Shown here one piece after another: positions 59,395 to 64,000 of a DNA stretch of 64,000 bases (position 1 is its first letter; each line of letters begins with the position of its first letter). The position numbers and the translations under genes are program-made. Origin of the DNA: Candidatus Levybacteria bacterium GW2011_GWA1_37_16 (lineage in GTDB: Bacteria > Patescibacteriota > Microgenomatia > Levybacterales > UBA12049); contig CALRGR010000001.1 of assembly GCA_943357985.1 (NCBI GenBank), positions 14,731 to 78,730 of the forward strand. The letters run 5' to 3'. The notes beneath the pieces were generated by a model. The model had not been told where the DNA came from and did no database searches. It saw only the letters and a list, made by a program, of their open reading frames with translations.

Positions 59395-60121
59395 TAAAGT
59401 CAAAAGTCAAAAGTCAAAAGTCAAAAGTTTGGTAGTAACAAAAAAAGCAGTTGCTAGAAAAAAAGTTAACGCTTTGAGTGCACAGGTTTTTGATGTAACA
59501 GGAAAAGCTGCAGGATCTTTTGAATTACCAAAAGAAATCTTTGGAGCAGAGGTTAACAAGCCTCTTATTGCGCAAGCTGTCAGAGTATATCTTGCAAATC
59601 AAAGACAGGGTACATCTTCAACCAAATCCAGAGGAGAAATTACTGCTTCAACAAGGAAGATTTGGAGACAAAAAGGAACAGGAAGAGCAAGGCATGGAGC
59701 ATTATCGGCACCTATTTTTGTTGGAGGAGGAGTGGCTCATGGTCCAAAGCCAAGGGATTATTCTCTAAAACTTCCTAAAAAAATGAAAAAACTTGCACTT
59801 ATTAGTGCATTATCTGCAAAGCAGCAAGATGGGCATATAAAAGTATTAGCAGGACTTGAAAAAATAGAGCCAAAGACAAAAAATGTTGCAGCGTTAATTA
59901 AAAAACTAGGACTTGAAAATAGCAAAGTGCTTTTGATAATTCCAGAAGGAGTTAAAAAAGGATTCGAAAATGTTTACAGAGCATCAAGAAATATAGAAAA
60001 TCTAAATATTTTGAACTCAAAAACACTTAATGCATATGAAGTTTTGGATAATAAGATGATTCTTTTTATGAAAGCTTCTATTGATGCTTTGAAAGAAAAT
60101 TTAACAAAGGAAAAAGAATGA
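59384..60121 (+). CDS. rplD: 50S ribosomal protein L4 with a Lys-rich N-terminal extension containing a heptamer tandem repeat
   Basis: L4 core (LANQRQGTSSTKSRGEITASTRKIWRQKGTGRARHG). The ATG at 59384 overlaps the rplC stop (ATGCCAGTTAA). Confidence 0.9.
   Translation: MPVNKVKSQKSKVKSLVVTKKAVARKKVNALSAQVFDVTGKAAGSFELPKEIFGAEVNKPLIAQAVRVYLANQRQGTSSTKSRGEITASTRKIWRQKGTGRARHGALSAPIFVGGGVAHGPKPRDYSLKLPKKMKKLALISALSAKQQDGHIKVLAGLEKIEPKTKNVAALIKKLGLENSKVLLIIPEGVKKGFENVYRASRNIENLNILNSKTLNAYEVLDNKMILFMKASIDALKENLTKEKE
59396..59428. repeat. Tandem heptamer repeat (CAAAAGT/AAGTCAA) of about 4.7 copies at the 5' end of rplD
   Basis: aaagtcaaaagtcaaaagtcaaaagtcaaaagt, read directly from the sequence. 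The unit length is not a multiple of 3. Confidence 0.85.
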
Positions 60122-60417
60122 ATATAGCAGAAGTTATTATCGCACCAGTAATTAGTGAAAAGTCTATGAAAGACGCAGGCTTGGGCCGTTTTACTTTTAA
60201 AGTTGCAACGGGAGCAGATAAAAAAAATATTAGAAAAGCAGTGCAAGACAAGTTTAAAGTTACTGTTTTATCAGTTTCAACAATGAACGTTAAAGGTAGA
60301 CAGAAAAGATTTGGAGCAAGAAGAATTGAAGTTACACTTCCTTCTTGGAAAAAAGCAATAGTACAACTTAAATCTGGTGAAAAAATTGATTTATTTGAAG
60401 TTCCGGCGTCAAAATAA
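60118..60417 (+). CDS. rplW: 50S ribosomal protein L23
   Basis: VIIAPVISEKSMKDAG...RFTFKVATGADKKNIRKAVQDKFKVTV... Confidence 0.93.
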   Translation: MNIAEVIIAPVISEKSMKDAGLGRFTFKVATGADKKNIRKAVQDKFKVTVLSVSTMNVKGRQKRFGARRIEVTLPSWKKAIVQLKSGEKIDLFEVPASK

Positions 60418-60466
60418 TTATGACCCATTCGATAAACTCAGGGTCATACTGAACGGAGTTGAATGT

Positions 60467-61207
60467 ATGAGAAAACTTAAAACTATTAAAAAGCAAATGT
60501 CAGGAAGAGACAGCGCAGGAAGAGTTGCAGTTAGGCATCAGGGTGGACAGCATAAAAGATTTATCAGAAATGTAGATTTTAGGCGCGATAAAAAGGACGT
60601 TTCAGGAAAAGTCGTTGGAATGGAATACGATCCAGGCAGAACCGCTGATGTAGCACTTGTGCATTATATAGATGGAGAAAAAAGATATATTTTGCGGCCT
60701 GAGGGTTTAAATTTGGGAGATGTTGTTATTTCCGGAAGAGAAGTTGAAATTAAAGTAGGAAACGCTTTGCCGTTGGAATTTTTGCCAATTGGTACGGTAG
60801 TTCACAATGTAGAGCTTATGCCAGGCCGCGGAGGGCAGCTTGCAAGAAGCGCAGGAGTATCGGCAGTTGTTGCAGCCAAGGAGGCTGGTCTGGTACACTT
60901 GAAACTTCCATCCGGAGAAATAAGAAAAGTAAGACAGCAATGTTTTGCAACCGTTGGCCAGCTTGGAAATATAGATTGGAAAAATGAAGTTATAGGATCA
61001 GCCGGTAGAAAAAGACACATGGGAATTAGGCCAACAGTTAGAGGAGTTGCCCAAAATCCTAGAAGTCATCCCCATGGAGGGGGAGAAGGAAAAAGCGGAA
61101 TTGGAATGAGTACGCCTAAGACTTTTGCCGGAAGACCTGCAGTTGGAAATACAAGAAGACCGAAGAAATATTCAAATAAATATATTGTTACAAAAAGAAA
61201 GAAATAG
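60467..61207 (+). CDS. rplB: 50S ribosomal protein L2
   Basis: GRDSAGRVAVRHQGGQHKR...VHNVELMPGRGGQLARSAG...GVAQNPRSHPHGGGEGK. The start is at ATG 60467 with a GGAG RBS; the ORF track starts at 60377, inside the preceding spacer. Confidence 0.93.
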   Translation: MRKLKTIKKQMSGRDSAGRVAVRHQGGQHKRFIRNVDFRRDKKDVSGKVVGMEYDPGRTADVALVHYIDGEKRYILRPEGLNLGDVVISGREVEIKVGNALPLEFLPIGTVVHNVELMPGRGGQLARSAGVSAVVAAKEAGLVHLKLPSGEIRKVRQQCFATVGQLGNIDWKNEVIGSAGRKRHMGIRPTVRGVAQNPRSHPHGGGEGKSGIGMSTPKTFAGRPAVGNTRRPKKYSNKYIVTKRKK

Positions 61208-61231
61208 CCCGTTTACGGGCTCAGGGTAATT

Positions 61232-61516
61232 ATGAGTAGATCGTCTAAAAAAGGACCATACATAGATAAAAATCTTGCTAAAAAGATTCTAAAACAAAAA
61301 GAGACAGGAGATAAGTCTGTAATTAAAACATGGGCAAGAGCAAGCCAAATTCCTCCAGAATTTGTTGGGCATACATTTGGAGTTCATAATGGTAAAGTTT
61401 TTATAAACGTTTTGGTAACTGAAGGAATGGTTGGACACAGGCTTGGAGAATTTTCGCAAACCAGAACTTTTAGAAGTCACGGAAGAGTTGTTTCAAGAGA
61501 AGTATCAAAAACATAA
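61232..61516 (+). CDS. rpsS: 30S ribosomal protein S19
   Basis: [14 protein letters not shown]...[25 protein letters not shown]... Confidence 0.95.
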   Translation: MSRSSKKGPYIDKNLAKKILKQKETGDKSVIKTWARASQIPPEFVGHTFGVHNGKVFINVLVTEGMVGHRLGEFSQTRTFRSHGRVVSREVSKT

Positions 61517-61519
61517 CAT

Positions 61520-61861
61520 ATGGAAACTAATATAGCAGTTGCGCAAAGTAAGGGAGTTAGGGTTAGCACAAGGAAAGTAAGACTTGTTGCTGATTTAATT
61601 CGAAAAATGAGCATAGAACAGGCGTTGGCTACTCTTTCGCAGCTTAGTAAAAGAGGATCTGTTTCTTTGGATAAAACTATTAAAAGTGCTGTTGCAAATG
61701 CAACAAATAAAGGCATGGCAAAAGATAAGCTGTATATAAAAAGCTTGGAGATTAATCAAGCACCATCTCTTAAAAGATATCACCCATCGACCAGGGGAAG
61801 AATACATCCGTACAAAAGAAAAAGCTCTCATATAAAAGTAGTTTTGGAGGAAAGAAAATAA
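61520..61861 (+). CDS. rplV: 50S ribosomal protein L22
   Basis: VRVSTRKVRLVADLIRKMSIEQALATLS... and the conserved operon position. Confidence 0.9.
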   Translation: METNIAVAQSKGVRVSTRKVRLVADLIRKMSIEQALATLSQLSKRGSVSLDKTIKSAVANATNKGMAKDKLYIKSLEINQAPSLKRYHPSTRGRIHPYKRKSSHIKVVLEERK

Positions 61862-62505
61862 TGGGACAAAAAATTAATCCAAATATATTGCGTCTTGGTC
61901 CAGTTTACAGCTGGCACAGTAGATGGTTTGATGATAAAAGATACAAAGATCTTTTGCTTGAAGATTACAAAGTAAGAAAAATATTAATGGATAGACTTAA
62001 AACTGCGGGAGTTTCAGATATTGAGATTGAAAGGTCCATTAATAATATCAACCTTATTATTTATGTTTCGCGTCCTGGGTTGGTTATTGGAAGAGCAGGA
62101 ACCGGACTTGAGGATTTGAGAAAATTTCTTACAACAATTCTTGCAAAAGGAAAAACCGTAAAAAATGTGCCAAAGTTGGATATTAGAGTAGAGCCAATTA
62201 AGGATGCTAATCTTGATGTCTATCTTGTTGCTAGGAATATTTCTGACCAGCTGATAAGGAGAATGCCTCATAAAAGACTTATGACTCAAGCAGTTGAAAG
62301 AGTTATGTCATCAGGCGCCAAAGGAGTAAGGATTATTTTATCAGGAAGAATAAACGGAGCAGAGATTGCAAGACGGGAGAAGATGCAAAAAGGAACGGTT
62401 CCACTTTCAACAATTAGAGAACACGTAACTTTTGCAAGCGTTCCATCTCTTACTAAAAAAGGTTATATCGGAGTGAAGGTTTGGATAAACAGGGGAGATA
62501 AATAA
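61861..62505 (+). CDS. rpsC: 30S ribosomal protein S3
   Basis: [14 protein letters not shown]...; KH and S3-C domains. Confidence 0.95.
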   Translation: MGQKINPNILRLGPVYSWHSRWFDDKRYKDLLLEDYKVRKILMDRLKTAGVSDIEIERSINNINLIIYVSRPGLVIGRAGTGLEDLRKFLTTILAKGKTVKNVPKLDIRVEPIKDANLDVYLVARNISDQLIRRMPHKRLMTQAVERVMSSGAKGVRIILSGRINGAEIARREKMQKGTVPLSTIREHVTFASVPSLTKKGYIGVKVWINRGDK

Positions 62506-62506
62506 T

Positions 62507-62923
62507 ATGTTAGCACCAAAAAGAGCAAAATATAGAAAACAACAAAGAGGAAGTATGAAGGGAAATGCTCATTCTGGAACTAAGGTTTCTTTTGGAGAGT
62601 ATGGTATTTTAACGGAAGAGCAGGGCTGGATAACTAGTAGGCAAATTGAAGCAGCCAGACGTGCAATAACTCATTACATTGCAAGAGGTGGAAGAGTTTG
62701 GATAAGAATTTTTCCGGATAAGCCAATCACAAAAAAACCGGCCGAGACTAGAATGGGTGGAGGAAAGGGAGATATTTACGAACATGTTGCAAGAGTTTTG
62801 CCAGGAAGAATGCTTTTTGAAATGGGAGGAGTTTCAAAAGAGACGGCATTTCAAGCATTAAGGCTTGCTTCTCATAAATTGCCGGTATTAACAAGAATCG
62901 TTGCCAAGGAGGATCAAATTTAA
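62507..62923 (+). CDS. rplP: 50S ribosomal protein L16
   Basis: [15 protein letters not shown]...[16 protein letters not shown]... Confidence 0.95.
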   Translation: MLAPKRAKYRKQQRGSMKGNAHSGTKVSFGEYGILTEEQGWITSRQIEAARRAITHYIARGGRVWIRIFPDKPITKKPAETRMGGGKGDIYEHVARVLPGRMLFEMGGVSKETAFQALRLASHKLPVLTRIVAKEDQI

Positions 62924-63138
62924 TGAAATCAAGAAATATTAAAGATTTACACACAAAGACAATTGAAGAGCTTAAAGGCATGTATAAAAATTTAAAAAAT
63001 GAGGTTTTGCAGCTTAATTTAGAAAAAGCACAAAATAAACTTAAAGATACAAGGTCTATATTTTGGAAGAAAAAAGACATTGCAAGAATTTTAACAATTT
63101 TGAAAGAAAAGGAGCTTATGGATGAAAAAACTAATTGA
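62923..63138 (+). CDS. rpmC: 50S ribosomal protein L29
   Basis: Small helical protein at the conserved position after rplP; LHTKTIEELKGMYKNLKNEVLQL. Confidence 0.85.
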   Translation: MKSRNIKDLHTKTIEELKGMYKNLKNEVLQLNLEKAQNKLKDTRSIFWKKKDIARILTILKEKELMDEKTN

Positions 63139-63355
63139 AGGTAAGGTAATTTCGGTAAAAATGGGAAGTGTTGTAGTGGTTGAGGTAAAAAGAAAAATTC
63201 CTCATCCTCTTTACAAAAAACTTATTAACAAAAGTAAAAAATACAAAGCCCAAGTTGGAGATATAGAAGTATCTTTGGGAAACAAAGTTAGAATTGCGCA
63301 AACGCGTCCAATTTCAAAAGATACTCATTTTAAGATAATGGAGGTTATTAAATGA
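63122..63355 (+). CDS. rpsQ: 30S ribosomal protein S17
   Basis: [27 protein letters not shown]... Confidence 0.9.
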   Translation: MKKLIEGKVISVKMGSVVVVEVKRKIPHPLYKKLINKSKKYKAQVGDIEVSLGNKVRIAQTRPISKDTHFKIMEVIK

Positions 63356-63726
63356 TTCAACACAGGAGTATTTTAACAGTTGCGGATAATAGTGGAGCGA
63401 AATCGCTCTTGGTGATACAGGTTTTTGGCGGATCTAAGAGAAAATTTGGATTTATTGGTGACGTATTAAATTGTGTAGTTAAGGATGCCAACTCTACGGG
63501 TACTGTAAAAGATAGTCAAATAGTCAAAGCAATCCTCGTGCGTTCTAGAAAAGAATACAGGAGAGATGATGGTTCCTATATTAGATTTTCAGATAATGCG
63601 GCTGTTGTAATAGATAATGCAAAAGACAAAAATCCTGTTGGAACAAGAATATTTGGGCCAATAGCAAGAGAAGTAAAGGAAAAAGGGTTTGCAAAGATTG
63701 CAAGTATGGCAAGTGAGGTTATATAA
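63352..63726 (+). CDS. rplN: 50S ribosomal protein L14
   Basis: [17 protein letters not shown]...; canonical. Confidence 0.95.
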   Translation: MIQHRSILTVADNSGAKSLLVIQVFGGSKRKFGFIGDVLNCVVKDANSTGTVKDSQIVKAILVRSRKEYRRDDGSYIRFSDNAAVVIDNAKDKNPVGTRIFGPIAREVKEKGFAKIASMASEVI

Positions 63727-63727
63727 T

Positions 63728-64000
63728 ATGAAACTTAAGAAAAACGATATAGTTACAGTTATGAAAGGTAAAGATAAAGGAAAAACAGAAAAGATTGAGA
63801 AAGTTTTTACGAAAGAAGGAAAAGTTTTAATAACGGGAGTAAATCAGTTCAAGAGACACATAAAAGGAAGAGCAGGGGGACAAAAATCTGAAATTACAAT
63901 CATCACAAAGCCAGTTTCTGTTGCAAACGTAAAACTTGTTTGCCCAAAGTGCAAAAAGTTGACTAGAGTTGGATATCTTGTTCAAAAGACAGGAAAAGTT
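63728..64000 (+). CDS. rplX: 50S ribosomal protein L24 (partial, continues past the window end)
   Basis: MKLKKNDIVTVMKGKDKGKTEKIEKV... KOW motif, at the conserved position after rplN. Confidence 0.85.
   Translation, partial: MKLKKNDIVTVMKGKDKGKTEKIEKVFTKEGKVLITGVNQFKRHIKGRAGGQKSEITIITKPVSVANVKLVCPKCKKLTRVGYLVQKTGKV

Overview
This 64 kb window comes from an AT-rich, compact bacterial genome with tightly packed or overlapping genes. It uses the standard genetic code: TGA is used as a stop, for example at the rplD/rplW ATGA overlap. Several ribosomal and core proteins carry unusual low-complexity terminal tails, which suggests a Candidate Phyla Radiation (Patescibacteria)-like lineage; that lineage call is inference only. 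The window is almost entirely conserved housekeeping genes. In order these are rpsT (partial, minus strand), murJ, lepA, a PKD/cohesin-like surface protein, groES-groEL, a PEGA/SH3b protein, and a long minus-strand operon (metG, tatD, a GT2 glycosyltransferase, a GT-C glycosyltransferase, a GT4 phosphoglycosyltransferase and a UbiA-family phosphoribosyltransferase). After that come hrcA-grpE-dnaK-PHP-dnaJ, nusA-infB, a degenerate nrnA-like gene, rpsO, pnp, rnj, ftsK, a rodZ-like gene, mltG, a deoA-like phosphorylase, a sortase next to a large bitopic membrane protein, alaS, nth, rpoB-rpoC, rpsL-rpsG, a cyclophilin gene, fusA, an insertion-scarred spacer, tuf, and the S10/spc ribosomal cluster from rpsJ to rplX (partial). 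No rRNA, tRNA or CRISPR array could be supported. The non-standard content is: (1) a roughly 19-nt GC-rich motif present five times, in frame inside grpE, dnaK and dnaJ and as an inverted pair flanking rpsJ; (2) a related family of short GC-rich CTGCC..GGCAG palindromes in 5' UTRs and in frame inside genes; (3) a G7-C-G7 homopolymer in a surface-protein gene; (4) a tautomerase-like gene with an in-frame TAA; (5) a fusA-tuf spacer holding a cupin gene plus remnants of a phosphatase gene and an IS481-like transposase; (6) a catalytically degenerate NrnA; (7) a lipid-linked glycosylation cluster; and (8) a sortase module.
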